Source of the DNA: an uncultured bacterium
GTDB lineage: Bacteria > Zixibacteria > MSB-5A5 > GN15 > FEB-12
DNA: 64,000 nucleotides
Direction: 5' to 3'
NCBI GenBank assembly: GCA_965603125.1
Contig: CBFDBU010000010.1
Coordinates: 8,734 to 72,733 of the forward strand
The position numbers and the translations under genes were made by a program. Within the stretch, counting starts at the first letter, position 1; each line of letters starts with the position of its first letter. The notes under the pieces were generated by a model. It saw nothing but the letters and a program-made list of their open reading frames with translations, searched no databases and was not told the origin of the DNA. Shown one piece after another: positions 37,601 through 46,582 of this stretch.

Positions 37601-39114
37601 TGTTCCCGGCTCTTTGCCAAACGGCGAGCAGTCTTCTGCCGATAGGCGTTGACAATAACCAGCGCCAGGAGAAGGGCGAACAGCCCTATCAGAACAAAGT
37701 TCTGGTACTCCCAGAACAATATCCTGGCGTAATCACCGAACACCTTGCGTTTCACACTGACGACCGTGGCCGTATTGTCGCGAGTGGCGATGAACGAAAC
37801 GACGTGACCCTCGTTATCGAGTACGGTCGGGTGGAAGTGACGAAAATCGGTATCAAGGTGTGCCAGACGTTTGAACGCGGACGAATACAGCCCCATCCCG
37901 TCGCCTGCTGTGAAGAGGTAAGCCGGTCGCATCTGACCCTCAACGCGCACCGTATCCAGGAAGTGCTCCAAATCGGTCTCGTGCGATTGGGCCAGGAGAG
38001 TCAGGTTGTCATCGTAGATGCGGACGATGCCGCGTGACGAGAGAGTATAGAAGTCCACCGTGCCGTCACCGTCGTAATCATCCCGCCATCCACTTCTGAT
38101 ACGCTCGCCGACATCGACGGTTTTCAGAAGCCGGCCGTCCCGGTCGATTTTCGACAACTGGTACCGGTGGGGTGGCAGGTCGGCGGCTTGGTCGGGTTCG
38201 ATCATTGGCAGGGCGTGAAACACATAGAAGCACTCATCCCGCTCGCTGTGCCAGATCCCCTTGCTGCCGTGTTCCTCGGACAGTATACGACGAAAGAGCA
38301 GTCTGCCCCGGCTGTCGACTTTGGCCAGGTAGCAGAAACGGTCGCTGAAGTTCTCGTCCTCGACGCTGTTCTTGTAGTTGTAGGTCGCGAACATCACGGC
38401 CGGGTGAAGTGAGTCCCGGCAACTGAGGATATTACCGACACTGACCGGGGCCGCCACCGGCAGGGACCATTCGAGACGCAGGTTTTCCGGCTCGACACAG
38501 TATAGAATACGCGGCCTCAAGTCACGTCCCGGATCCAGGTAGAAGAACACCTCCTGAATACCGTCGTAGTCATAGTCATCGACCAATACCGGCGAGACCC
38601 GTCCTTCCCAGACCCCGTTACCGGTGAGGTCCTCTCCGGATGCCAGATAGATGAGATCGTGACGATCGGCCCGTGGCACAATCCTCACCATGAAAGCAGA
38701 ATCGTTGCGGTAGCATCCGGCGGCGATAGCTAAGCATCCCGCCTTACCGTCATAATAGAGGCGAAAGCCTGAGACAGTCGCATACAGCGGATCCCAATCC
38801 AGAACCTGGGAGTGAGTGATATCGTTGAAACTGAACACAGCCGGTTCGTCGCGGTTGACGTCACCGTTAAAAGCGTGAACGAGAAGAGCCGTGTCCGACA
38901 CGGCGTCCTGCACCCGATAGACCTGCATGGCATCGGAGACAGGGATTTTCCCGACGCCCCAGTCATGGAAGTGCCGTTCACGGAAAGTGTACGGGAGCAA
39001 CCGATCATCGCAGGCGCAGTCGATTTCAATCTCGTCGACAGTCCCGGCAGCGGCATTGAGCGTCAGAAGGCATACGAGCGCTGGTACGGCCGTTTTCAAA
39101 TACTCGTTCAACAT
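34663..39114 (-). CDS. giant sensor histidine kinase: ~465-aa periplasmic domain with FG-GAP-like motifs, one TM, six PAS domains, HisKA and HATPase_c
   Basis: 1483 aa with a signal/TM N-terminus. Periplasmic motifs are VDDYDYDGIQEVFFY and RDDYDGDGTVDFYTL. The TM segment is FVLIGLFALLLALVIVNAY. There are six PAS repeats, each ending ..(A/G)RDIT.R... The H-box is IAGGVAHEIYNAL. The N and G boxes are NLTVNALDAM, DTGCGI and GTGLGL. A 33-nt gap separates it from the response regulator gene. Confidence 0.85.
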   Translation of the reverse strand: MLNEYLKTAVPALVCLLTLNAAAGTVDEIEIDCACDDRLLPYTFRERHFHDWGVGKIPVSDAMQVYRVQDAVSDTALLVHAFNGDVNRDEPAVFSFNDITHSQVLDWDPLYATVSGFRLYYDGKAGCLAIAAGCYRNDSAFMVRIVPRADRHDLIYLASGEDLTGNGVWEGRVSPVLVDDYDYDGIQEVFFYLDPGRDLRPRILYCVEPENLRLEWSLPVAAPVSVGNILSCRDSLHPAVMFATYNYKNSVEDENFSDRFCYLAKVDSRGRLLFRRILSEEHGSKGIWHSERDECFYVFHALPMIEPDQAADLPPHRYQLSKIDRDGRLLKTVDVGERIRSGWRDDYDGDGTVDFYTLSSRGIVRIYDDNLTLLAQSHETDLEHFLDTVRVEGQMRPAYLFTAGDGMGLYSSAFKRLAHLDTDFRHFHPTVLDNEGHVVSFIATRDNTATVVSVKRKVFGDYARILFWEYQNFVLIGLFALLLALVIVNAYRQKTARRLAKSREQLRSILESTQDIFFKIDSHGRVQWVSPGGVRVLGYDSQDDMVGKEARSFYADPDRREQYNRLLRQSGKVTDFDAELIARDGRRVIVSISATLLRDRDGVVIGSEGVARDITQRERTDEALRVSEQRYRTLVESAHEAIFTVDREGVFLYLNNVSAEVFGRDPRELIGSTIRDCMLHDQASQFIERITGVFETGSGVVFESDIESQGKKTRYLTSMEPIRDKANAVASVLVISRDITALVQTQQELQSERDFIHSLLDTANSLIVCLDGQARITVFNREIEKVTGYSREEVIGKSWPEIFLPTEHHHHHPMSFADWVRQNPRNMYEGPLRTRSGETRTILWSNSALFSADSEELTAIAVGQDITERRLAHQALRESDQRYVTLAESSTDGILAAGAKTRKYIYANPAMCRMLGYSRTELLQMRVGDLIPKSQVQHALSEFRRATIDARRLVSQLPMVRKDGRVIYVDISSSRQKFGGQDAVIGFCRDVTERIRAEEAIRASEEKYRLLVQNVGAAIALVSWEGKFLFVNENAARALNRKSDEIAGKSQWDLFPKDVADRQMRNIRRVIESKTELTTESRSFVDGRWRWFHTNLQPYRDAQGTTTAALVIAHDVTMRRVAEEALRKSEKKFRELAELLPLTLFEMDRDGSFTFANQHGFETTGYAKTDLDKGLNALDLFVSEDRDRVREDIDRTLNGDGISGSEYTVLRKDGSTFPVMIYTDRIVVDSSAAGLRGIIIDITKHREAERKLAAANRERYDQVKRIAGGVAHEIYNALFPATSSLHKLKERLHLGEVEEIRRNRKLLGLTESAVERAIDMTGLVTQFSKLESQKKTEGVNLRSVLLEVLESHELRIHELGVSVNLEIADHFTLRSFRPHVHSLFNNLTVNALDAMRDTPVRVLDISARKEGQRLKVEFADTGCGIPGEEIPRVFDAFYSTKPTFGTGLGLAMVRKIAELYDGDVAVESEIDKGTKFVIFLMSD

Positions 39115-39279
39115 GAATACCTGACAAGATACGCAACCCGCACAAGAAAATCAACGTTCCGGAACCGATTCCTACTCAACTGTCACCGAGAGGCTCTTAT
39201 GCGGACACGGCGCATGACGAGTTGTCTCATGTGGTCGCGGGGCTGAATCCGGCGCTCGAGAAAACGCTCGCGACAACTG

Positions 39280-39312
39280 AAAAGGTCACCACAGACAACG
39301 GTTGTGGTGACC
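39280..39312 (-). terminator. rho-independent terminator between the giant FG-GAP gene and the kinase gene
   Basis: The minus strand reads GGTCACCACA-ACCGTTGTC-TGTGGTGACC (perfect 10-bp stem) followed by TTTTCAGTT. It starts about 42 nt after the stop at 39354. Confidence 0.6.
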
Positions 39313-39353
39313 GATGTAGTCCGTCGAGCGGCAGAAGAATCCGGCGCCGGCAA

Positions 39354-42300
39354 TCAGAGATCGCAGATAGGCTCCGGGCCATTCACAAACATGTAGTCGA
39401 CCAGGTAAACCAGATCAGCAATGTCAATCAGAGTTCCATTCTCACCGTCCATATTGGCCGCTCGCAGGTCCGGCGGCTCCGGGCCCTGGTTGAACATGTA
39501 GTCGACCAGATAGACCAGATCGGCGATATCGATGACTTCCTGCCAGTCACCGTTGACGTCGCCGCATATGTATTCCTCGTCCTTGTTCAGGAGCAACGAC
39601 ATATCCTGAGTGTTCTCGTTGACGGTTACCAGATCGAGATCGCCGTCGCCGTCGAAATCCGCCGCTACGACAACTTGGGGATTGATACCTGTCGCATACT
39701 GTCTGGAGGAGTTGTATATGCCGCCGCCGCTGTTTCTGAGAACGGATACGTCGTTGGACACGCCGTTGGCCGTGGCCAGGTCAATGTCGCCATCACCGTC
39801 GAGATCAGCCGCGACAAGCGAGTAGGGGATATCTCCAACATCGTATGTCGCACCGGGACTAAAGCTGCCTTCGCCGTTGTTGTAGAGGACGGAGACGTCA
39901 CCGGAGGTAACGTTGGCGGCGGCCAGGTCAAGCCGGTCGTTCCCGGTCAGATCAGCCGCAAAGACGGACTGCGGGAACACACCTACGGGGTAGACCACAG
40001 CAGGCGCGAAAACGCCGTTGCCGTTGTTCATCAGGATGGATACGCTGCCGTCGAACTTGTTGGCCGTTACCAGGTCGATATCACCATCGTTGTCGAAATC
40101 GCCGGCGAATATGCAGTAAGGATGGTCGCCCACGACATAGGCCGAGTCCAGGGTGAAAACACCGAGGCCGTCGTTCTTGAGGATCGTGACACTGTCCTCG
40201 CCCGTGTTGGCCGTAGCCAGGTCAAGGTCTCCGTCACCGTCGAGGTCGGCGGCAAAGAGCGAGCGGGGGTTAAGGCCGACCTGATACGTGACTTCGTTAC
40301 CGAAGTCTCCTGTCCCGTCATTTATCAGGATCGTGACACTGTCCTCGCCCCCGTTGGCCGTGGCTAGGTCCATGTCGTCGTCTCCGTCAAAGTCGCCGGA
40401 GAAAACCGAATAGGGACTGTTGCCTACGCTGTAGGTCGCATCCAAAACGAAGGTGCTGTCTCCGGCATTGAGCATGATCGAAACAGTGTGAAAGAGTAGG
40501 TTGGCAGTAGCGATATCCAGGTGGCCGTCGCCGTCAAAATCAGCGGCAAAGGCGCCCCGGGGGCTGACACCGATGGAGTTGTCGAGATGGTCCCCGAAGG
40601 AGCCGGCGCTTCTGACAGCCCGGGCTGTGAACGACCAGACTCGACCGCTGTCCAAGGGGTAGCCTTCGGCGGAATTGACCTCGGGAAGCAGCACCGCCGT
40701 GACGACCTCACCGGCCTTGAATGTCGAGTCGGGATGGAAAGACGCCGTCCTGGACGGAGCGTCGTAACTGAATGAACCGTGCTGGAGTCCCTTTGACTTC
40801 GCCATGACTATCAGCGATGAACTGTTGAAGGACGACGCCTCGACATCATCATTGAAAGTCACGGAGATGTCGGCGTCGGATGCAATGTCCGCCCTGTTGG
40901 GTGGCGGCCAGACCGATGCTATCTGGAACAGAGCGCGGTTCCAGAGCACGGAGACGGTGTTGGCCGACGCGTTAGCGACAACCAGGTCGATATCTCCGTC
41001 AATCTGAAGGTCGGCGGCAAAGACCGACAACGGCCCCTCGCCGGCGTCGTAAGCGGCGTGTTCGGCAAAAGTACCGTCGTCGTTGTTCAGCAGGACGGAG
41101 ACGGAGGCGGAGCCGAAGTTAGCTGTGGTCAGGTCAAGGTCGCCATCGGCGTCCAGGTCGGCGGTGGCAATTGAGAGAGGCTCGCTGCCGACGGCGTAGT
41201 TCACGCAGTCCGCAAATGTGCCGTCCTGATTGCTGATAAGAATGGAGACGCTGTCGGTACTGTGGTCTGCCGTCGCCAGGTCGAGATGGCCGTCATCATT
41301 GAGGTCGGCGGCCAGCAGCGCCATCGGGCCGCCGTCGACAGAATAGGCCGAATCCAGATTGAAACCGGTGCCATCGCCGTTGTTCAGAAGCAGTGATACA
41401 GTTCCAGAAGAATCGGCTGTCGCCAGATCCAGGGCGCCGTCATCGTTGAGATCGGCGGCACAGACAGACTGCGGCGACAGGCCCGTCTCATAGACCGACT
41501 GCTCGGCGAAAGTGCTGTCGCCGTTGTTGAGCAGCACTGATACGTTGCTGGAAAGCATATTCACCACCCCGAGATCGACGTATCCGTCTCCACTGAGGTC
41601 AGCGGCAAAGACCGATCGGGGCTTCGAACCAACAACGACCTTGGTCTGGGTGGCAAAGGTGCCGTTACCATTATTTAGCAGGATGGAGACACTGTCTTCA
41701 TCATAGTTCGCACTCACCAGGTCGAGACTGCCGTTGCCATCCATATCGGCAGCGACAACCGAGATCGGATTGTCGCCGACCTCGTAGAGAGCTTGCGGGC
41801 TGAAGGTGCCATCGCCGTTGCTCAGCAGGACAGACAGGCTGTCCGATGCCGCGTTTGCTACAACCAGGTCCGGAAAGGCGTCATCATTGAGACAAGCGGC
41901 AATCACACAGGTAGGCTCCTCTTTCACCTCATAAGCGGAATCGACGGCGAAGGTGCCGATGCCTTCATTGACTATCGTTGTGAACGACCAGGTGTGGCTG
42001 GTGTCAAGGGGGTAGTCCTGAATCGACTTGACATCGGAAGTAACGATCATCGTGACTACCTCGCCGTGGTCGAAATTAACGACGGGATCAAACGTGGCGG
42101 TCATGGTCGGGTCATCATAGCTGATTGTCCCCGAATGTTTGCCCGTCAGGCTCGAGTACACTACAAATGAGGAATCGTGGAAACTGTCGCCGTTCATACT
42201 GTAGTTGAAGGTTACCGAGATGTCCGTGGAAGGAGGGAGGTTCAACTCGTTGGGCGCCGGTGTCAGTTCCGTGATCTCAACGATGGCTCGATTCACGATT

Positions 42301-45300
42301 ACGGAAACGTCGTTGGAATTAGAGTTGGCGGTGGCAAAATCCATGTCACCGTCGTTGTCGAAATCAGCGGCAAAGACAGATGTGGGGTAGTTACCGACCG
42401 GAAACGATATAAACTCAGTGAAAGTGCCATTGCCGTTGTTGGTGAGAACCAGCAGATCGTTGCTGTTACTGTTCGCCACCACGAGGTCGAGGAAACCGTC
42501 GCCGTCGACGTCGGCTGCGAATACGGAAGACGGCCTGTCGCCGACGGCGTACCTGACCGTATCGACGAAGGTGCCGTCCTGTTTGTTCCTGAGAAACGAG
42601 ATACTGTCACCTTTGGCGTTTGCAGTCACCAGGTCAACGTAGTCGTCGCCGGTGAACTCGGCTGCAATCACGCACACCGGGTCAAGACCGGCCACATACG
42701 CAGAGTCGAGGACAAATTCGCCGAAGCCGTTGTTCATCAGTACCGAAACGCTGTCGTGAAGGATGTTGGCGGTAACCAGGTCCAGGTCGTTGTCGTTGTC
42801 GAGGTCCGCGGCAACTACTGACTGCGGACTTATTCCCACCGCGAAATCACTGGGGCTGCCAAAGGTGCCGTCACCGTTACCGACCAGCAGCGACACGTCG
42901 TTGGAACCCTCGTTGGAAGTGACCAGGTCGAGCTTGCCGTCCCCGTTGAGATCGGCGGCCAGGATACCGCCGGGATCGTCTCCGGTAGTGTACTCAACGT
43001 GAGCGGCAAAGCCGCCGCCTTCCTGGAGCAGCACTGAGACCTGGCTCGTGTTTCTATCGGCAGTAGCCAGATCGAGCAGGCCGTTACCATCCAGATCAGC
43101 CGCCACCACGGAGGCCGGACCGGAGGAGACTTCAAGGACGATATCGGGAAGGAAGGTACCGTCCCTGTCATTCAGCAGGATAGAGACGCTGTTGGTGTCG
43201 GTGTTTGCGACCACCAGATCCAGAAAGTCGTCGTCGTTAATATAGGCTGAAAAGACCGAGGAGGGTTTCTCCCGCACCGGGTAGACCACTTGAGGACCAT
43301 AGGTGTCCGACCCGTGGAGGGCCTCGGTCGTAAAGGACCAGATAAAAGCGGTGTCAAGAGAATAGCCCTCGAGAGTCTTGACGTCAGTTGTGAGCACGAC
43401 CGTGACGAGTTCGCCCTCCTTGAAATCCACGTCAGGGTCGAGAGTCGCCGTCTGATCGTTGTAAGCAATGACACCCTGGTGCCGACCCGTGGAGCGAGCA
43501 TTGACCACGAATGAGGTGGCGGTGATGGTCGCGTCATCCATATCCACGTCAAAAGTCACGGAGATGTCAGTTGCAACGGGTGTGTTTTTCGCGTTGGGCT
43601 CCGGTGACACGGACACGACATGGGGAATTGCCCGGTTGAAGAAAACCGTCACGGTGGAGTCGTATCTATCCGCCGTTGCCAGGTCAACATCACCGTCGCC
43701 GTCGTAGTCGGCGGCAAAGAGTGAATTGGGAGCTTCCCCGGTCGGAAAAAGCGACGGTGCCGAGAAGTTGCTAGCACCATCGTTGAGGAGTACGGCAATG
43801 TCATCGGATTCGAAGTTGGCCACTGCCAGGTCCAGATCCCCATCACCGTCGTAGTCGGCGGCCGCGACCTGGGACGGATTGTTACCGGCCTCGTACAGTT
43901 GCTGAGTGCCGAAAGTGCCGTCCTGGTTGTTCAGGAGAACCGAAACATCGTCGGACAGGCCGTTTGCCGTGACCAGGTCAGGAAGGGTGTCGCCGTTGAC
44001 GTCGACTGCAATAACGGAATAGGGTATAGTGCCCACCATGTACCAAGCCTGGTCGGAGAAGTCGCCCTCGCCATCGCTCAGGAGAACCGAGACCCTGGCG
44101 GTGGCATCGTGCGAGACAGCCAGGTCAACGGCGCCATCCAGATTAAAGTCTTCCGCGCAGATGGAGTGGTTCTGCCAACTGACGGGGACAACTGTCCGCG
44201 GATCGAACCCGCCCTGGCCGTCGTTCCAAAGGATAGAAATCTCAGCGGCATTGTGTTGAGAGGTCGCCAGATCAGGATAGCCGTCGGCGTTCAAATCGAT
44301 CGCCACGACGCTGAACGGTTGAGTACCTACAGCGTACCGCAGATGCTGTTGATAGGTGCCGTCCCCATTATTCAGCAAGACAGACACATTGTTACCGTAC
44401 TGGTTGGCAGTAACCAGGTCCATATAGCCGTCACGGTCGATATCAGCGGCCACCACGCAATACGGAGCTTGGCCGACCGGGTATTGCGAATCAACGGCAT
44501 ACGTGCCGTCCCCGTTGTTGAAAAGGACCGAGACACTGTCGGACATCCATTCGGCAGTAGCCATGTCGATGTCTCCGTCACCATCGAGGTCGGCCGCGAA
44601 AACCGACGCCGGAGCATCGTTCACCGCGTAGGCGGAGTCAACGGCAAAGGTGCCGAAGCCGCCGTCCACGGCGGTTGTGAAGGTCCAGGTCAGAGCACTC
44701 TCCACGGGAAACCCCTCGGATGTGAGGATGCCCTCGGTAGCCACAACCGTTACCGGCTCGCCGGCGCTGAAGTCAGTGCCGGGGTCAGCGGTGGCTGTCT
44801 GGGAGGGGCCGTCGTAGCTGATTGCGGCCGAGGATGGACCGGAGGATCGCCCGGTTATGACCAGGCTGCTACCGTCAATGGACGAGCCGTTCATCTCGGC
44901 ATCGAAAGTCACGGTGACATCCGTAGCGACGGAGACGTTCAGTTCTCCCGGCTCCGGCGTGACATCCACAATCTGAGCAATCGTCCTGTTGAGCAGAACC
45001 GACACCTCATCGGAGTTTGCGTCGGCGGTAACCAAATCAACACCGCCGAAAGCATCTATGTCCGCGGCGCAGATAGAGTACGGATACGCACCCGTTGGAA
45101 AGAAGCTGCTTGAGCCGAAGACGCCGCTCCCGTTGTTGTGCATGATCGAGATATTGTCGGTGTCCCGGTTACACGTGGCCAGATCCATGTCACCGTCACC
45201 GTCGACATCAGCAGCAACGACAGAACTGGGGTAATCACCGACAGCATAATTCACGGCTGCTGCAAAGCCGCCGGCACCGTTGTTTATCAGCACCGAAACG

Positions 45301-46421
45301 CTGTCGTGTTTAGTGGCCGTAACTGCCAAATCGAGGTACCCGTCGTCGTCGAGGTCGGCGGCGCACAGAGCGAACGGGTCGTGAGACACTTCGATGATAA
45401 CAGCACCGGGTACGAAGCTGCCGGAGCCGTCGTTGGACAGCACGGTGACCGTGTTTCCGGTCTGGTTGGCGGTGGCGAGGTCAAGGTCATCATCGTTGTT
45501 CAGGTCGGCCACAACGATCGAGGTCGGGTTCTCGCCAACACTATAGTTGTCAGGCGGGGTTGCGAAGGTACCGTTGCCGTTATTGGAGAAAACAGACACG
45601 TTGCTGGAAAAGGCATTGGCCACCGCCAGATCCACGTCCCCGTCGCCGTCGATGTCGATGGCGCATACTGACAGTGGCTCGGTGCCGGCGATGTATGCCA
45701 CGTGGTTCTGGAAGGTGCTGTCGCCATCATTGATGACGACCGAGATATTGTCCGTGTTGCGGTTGGCCGTCACCAGGTCGAGGTAGCCATCGCCGTCAAG
45801 ATCAGCCGCACAGACGCCGAAAGGGTCCCCGCCTACTGCCAGAACGAGATCGTCGGAGAAAGTGCCGCCGCCCGCGTTGAATGCTACGGAGATGTTGTTG
45901 TCGCTGCCGTAGTTCGCTGTGACAATATCCGGTAGACCGTTACCGTCGACATCGGCCATTATCACCGTGCGCGGATCATCCCCGACCGAGTAACTCGTAT
46001 CCACGGCAAAAGTACCCACGCCATCGTCGGTGGCCGCAGTGAAAGACCAAAGGCAAGGGCTGCCCAGGGGATTGCCGATGCTCGACTGAACAGCGGTCGT
46101 TAGTGCGATCAACACGACCTCTCCTTCGAAGAAGGCTGAGTCGGGATCGAATGTCGCGGTATAGGTCTGGTCGTCGTAGCTGTAGGTGCCGCTGTGCGGT
46201 CCCGAAGAGAGGCCGGCAATAATGAAAGAGGCACCGGTCAGTGTGGATGAATTCATGTCAATGTCAAAGGTCACCGAGACGTCGGCCGTAGCTGACACAT
46301 CAAGGTCGTTCCGGAGCGGTGATGTGGATGTTACTGTCGGCGTCTGGGCGAAAAGGGCAGCGTTGCCGACCAGCAACGCCGTGATCGCAGCAGTGATAGT
46401 GTTTCGCAGCTTCCTACGCAT
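39354..46421 (-). CDS. giant secreted protein: 5 x (Ig-like domain plus seven FG-GAP/VCBS repeats) plus C-terminal twin dockerin-like module
   Basis: 2355 aa. The signal peptide is MRRKLRNTITAAITALLVGNAALFAQ. There are 35 D-x-(D/N)-x-D-G-type loops embedded in VxAADLDGDGxLDLxxAN...VSVLLNNGDGTF repeats. The C-terminus reads CGDVNGDWQEVIDIADLVYLVDYMFNQGPEPP..ANMDGENGTLIDIADLVYLVDYMFVNGPEP. AAGGAG lies 8 nt before the ATG. Confidence 0.85.
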   Translation of the reverse strand: MRRKLRNTITAAITALLVGNAALFAQTPTVTSTSPLRNDLDVSATADVSVTFDIDMNSSTLTGASFIIAGLSSGPHSGTYSYDDQTYTATFDPDSAFFEGEVVLIALTTAVQSSIGNPLGSPCLWSFTAATDDGVGTFAVDTSYSVGDDPRTVIMADVDGNGLPDIVTANYGSDNNISVAFNAGGGTFSDDLVLAVGGDPFGVCAADLDGDGYLDLVTANRNTDNISVVINDGDSTFQNHVAYIAGTEPLSVCAIDIDGDGDVDLAVANAFSSNVSVFSNNGNGTFATPPDNYSVGENPTSIVVADLNNDDDLDLATANQTGNTVTVLSNDGSGSFVPGAVIIEVSHDPFALCAADLDDDGYLDLAVTATKHDSVSVLINNGAGGFAAAVNYAVGDYPSSVVAADVDGDGDMDLATCNRDTDNISIMHNNGSGVFGSSSFFPTGAYPYSICAADIDAFGGVDLVTADANSDEVSVLLNRTIAQIVDVTPEPGELNVSVATDVTVTFDAEMNGSSIDGSSLVITGRSSGPSSAAISYDGPSQTATADPGTDFSAGEPVTVVATEGILTSEGFPVESALTWTFTTAVDGGFGTFAVDSAYAVNDAPASVFAADLDGDGDIDMATAEWMSDSVSVLFNNGDGTYAVDSQYPVGQAPYCVVAADIDRDGYMDLVTANQYGNNVSVLLNNGDGTYQQHLRYAVGTQPFSVVAIDLNADGYPDLATSQHNAAEISILWNDGQGGFDPRTVVPVSWQNHSICAEDFNLDGAVDLAVSHDATARVSVLLSDGEGDFSDQAWYMVGTIPYSVIAVDVNGDTLPDLVTANGLSDDVSVLLNNQDGTFGTQQLYEAGNNPSQVAAADYDGDGDLDLAVANFESDDIAVLLNDGASNFSAPSLFPTGEAPNSLFAADYDGDGDVDLATADRYDSTVTVFFNRAIPHVVSVSPEPNAKNTPVATDISVTFDVDMDDATITATSFVVNARSTGRHQGVIAYNDQTATLDPDVDFKEGELVTVVLTTDVKTLEGYSLDTAFIWSFTTEALHGSDTYGPQVVYPVREKPSSVFSAYINDDDFLDLVVANTDTNSVSILLNDRDGTFLPDIVLEVSSGPASVVAADLDGNGLLDLATADRNTSQVSVLLQEGGGFAAHVEYTTGDDPGGILAADLNGDGKLDLVTSNEGSNDVSLLVGNGDGTFGSPSDFAVGISPQSVVAADLDNDNDLDLVTANILHDSVSVLMNNGFGEFVLDSAYVAGLDPVCVIAAEFTGDDYVDLVTANAKGDSISFLRNKQDGTFVDTVRYAVGDRPSSVFAADVDGDGFLDLVVANSNSNDLLVLTNNGNGTFTEFISFPVGNYPTSVFAADFDNDGDMDFATANSNSNDVSVIVNRAIVEITELTPAPNELNLPPSTDISVTFNYSMNGDSFHDSSFVVYSSLTGKHSGTISYDDPTMTATFDPVVNFDHGEVVTMIVTSDVKSIQDYPLDTSHTWSFTTIVNEGIGTFAVDSAYEVKEEPTCVIAACLNDDAFPDLVVANAASDSLSVLLSNGDGTFSPQALYEVGDNPISVVAADMDGNGSLDLVSANYDEDSVSILLNNGNGTFATQTKVVVGSKPRSVFAADLSGDGYVDLGVVNMLSSNVSVLLNNGDSTFAEQSVYETGLSPQSVCAADLNDDGALDLATADSSGTVSLLLNNGDGTGFNLDSAYSVDGGPMALLAADLNDDGHLDLATADHSTDSVSILISNQDGTFADCVNYAVGSEPLSIATADLDADGDLDLTTANFGSASVSVLLNNDDGTFAEHAAYDAGEGPLSVFAADLQIDGDIDLVVANASANTVSVLWNRALFQIASVWPPPNRADIASDADISVTFNDDVEASSFNSSSLIVMAKSKGLQHGSFSYDAPSRTASFHPDSTFKAGEVVTAVLLPEVNSAEGYPLDSGRVWSFTARAVRSAGSFGDHLDNSIGVSPRGAFAADFDGDGHLDIATANLLFHTVSIMLNAGDSTFVLDATYSVGNSPYSVFSGDFDGDDDMDLATANGGEDSVTILINDGTGDFGNEVTYQVGLNPRSLFAADLDGDGDLDLATANTGEDSVTILKNDGLGVFTLDSAYVVGDHPYCIFAGDFDNDGDIDLVTANKFDGSVSILMNNGNGVFAPAVVYPVGVFPQSVFAADLTGNDRLDLAAANVTSGDVSVLYNNGEGSFSPGATYDVGDIPYSLVAADLDGDGDIDLATANGVSNDVSVLRNSGGGIYNSSRQYATGINPQVVVAADFDGDGDLDLVTVNENTQDMSLLLNKDEEYICGDVNGDWQEVIDIADLVYLVDYMFNQGPEPPDLRAANMDGENGTLIDIADLVYLVDYMFVNGPEPICDL
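39582..46343 (-). repeat. five tandem super-modules of 448-452 aa (~1.35 kb each)
   Basis: Module boundaries were counted by hand on the translation: aa 27-478, 479-929, 930-1377, 1378-1828 and 1829-2280. In nucleotides these are 44988-46343, 43635-44987, 42291-43634, 40938-42290 and 39582-40937. Modules 2-5 open with NR(A/T)I..I....P.P......(T/A)D(I/V)(S/T)VTF; module 1, which follows the signal peptide directly, lacks the NR(A/T)I opening but has the corresponding ADVSVTF core. Confidence 0.8.
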
Positions 46422-46582
46422 GATCGCTCCTTATTATCAAAGCAGTGCTTATCTTCAGTCCTGTTTTCCGATTCATCGGGCGTCGTCGCTCCCGATCGAC
46501 CGGTCACGGATCCCGCGACTTCAGCGGGACCCGCTAAACCTATCCGTTCATTCTCCTTTCCATGTTCATGCCCGGCTCCACT

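Noticed and set aside
39222-40367. A long plus-strand ORF (381 aa), and similar ones at 42177..42821, 43899..45113, 45138..45671, 50066..51109 and 34972..36315.
   Set aside because: All lie entirely antisense within genes that have strong, periodic domain signal. Their translations are V/G/R/D/H-rich mirror images of the D/G/N/V repeat codons. They have no ribosome-binding context and no recognisable motif. This is the expected artefact of high-GC repetitive coding sequence.
39582-46343. Concern that the five-module repeat is an assembly artefact (collapsed or expanded tandem repeat).
   Set aside because: The modules are clearly diverged at amino-acid and nucleotide level, so mis-assembly by repeat collapse is unlikely. 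Copy number should still be confirmed with long reads.
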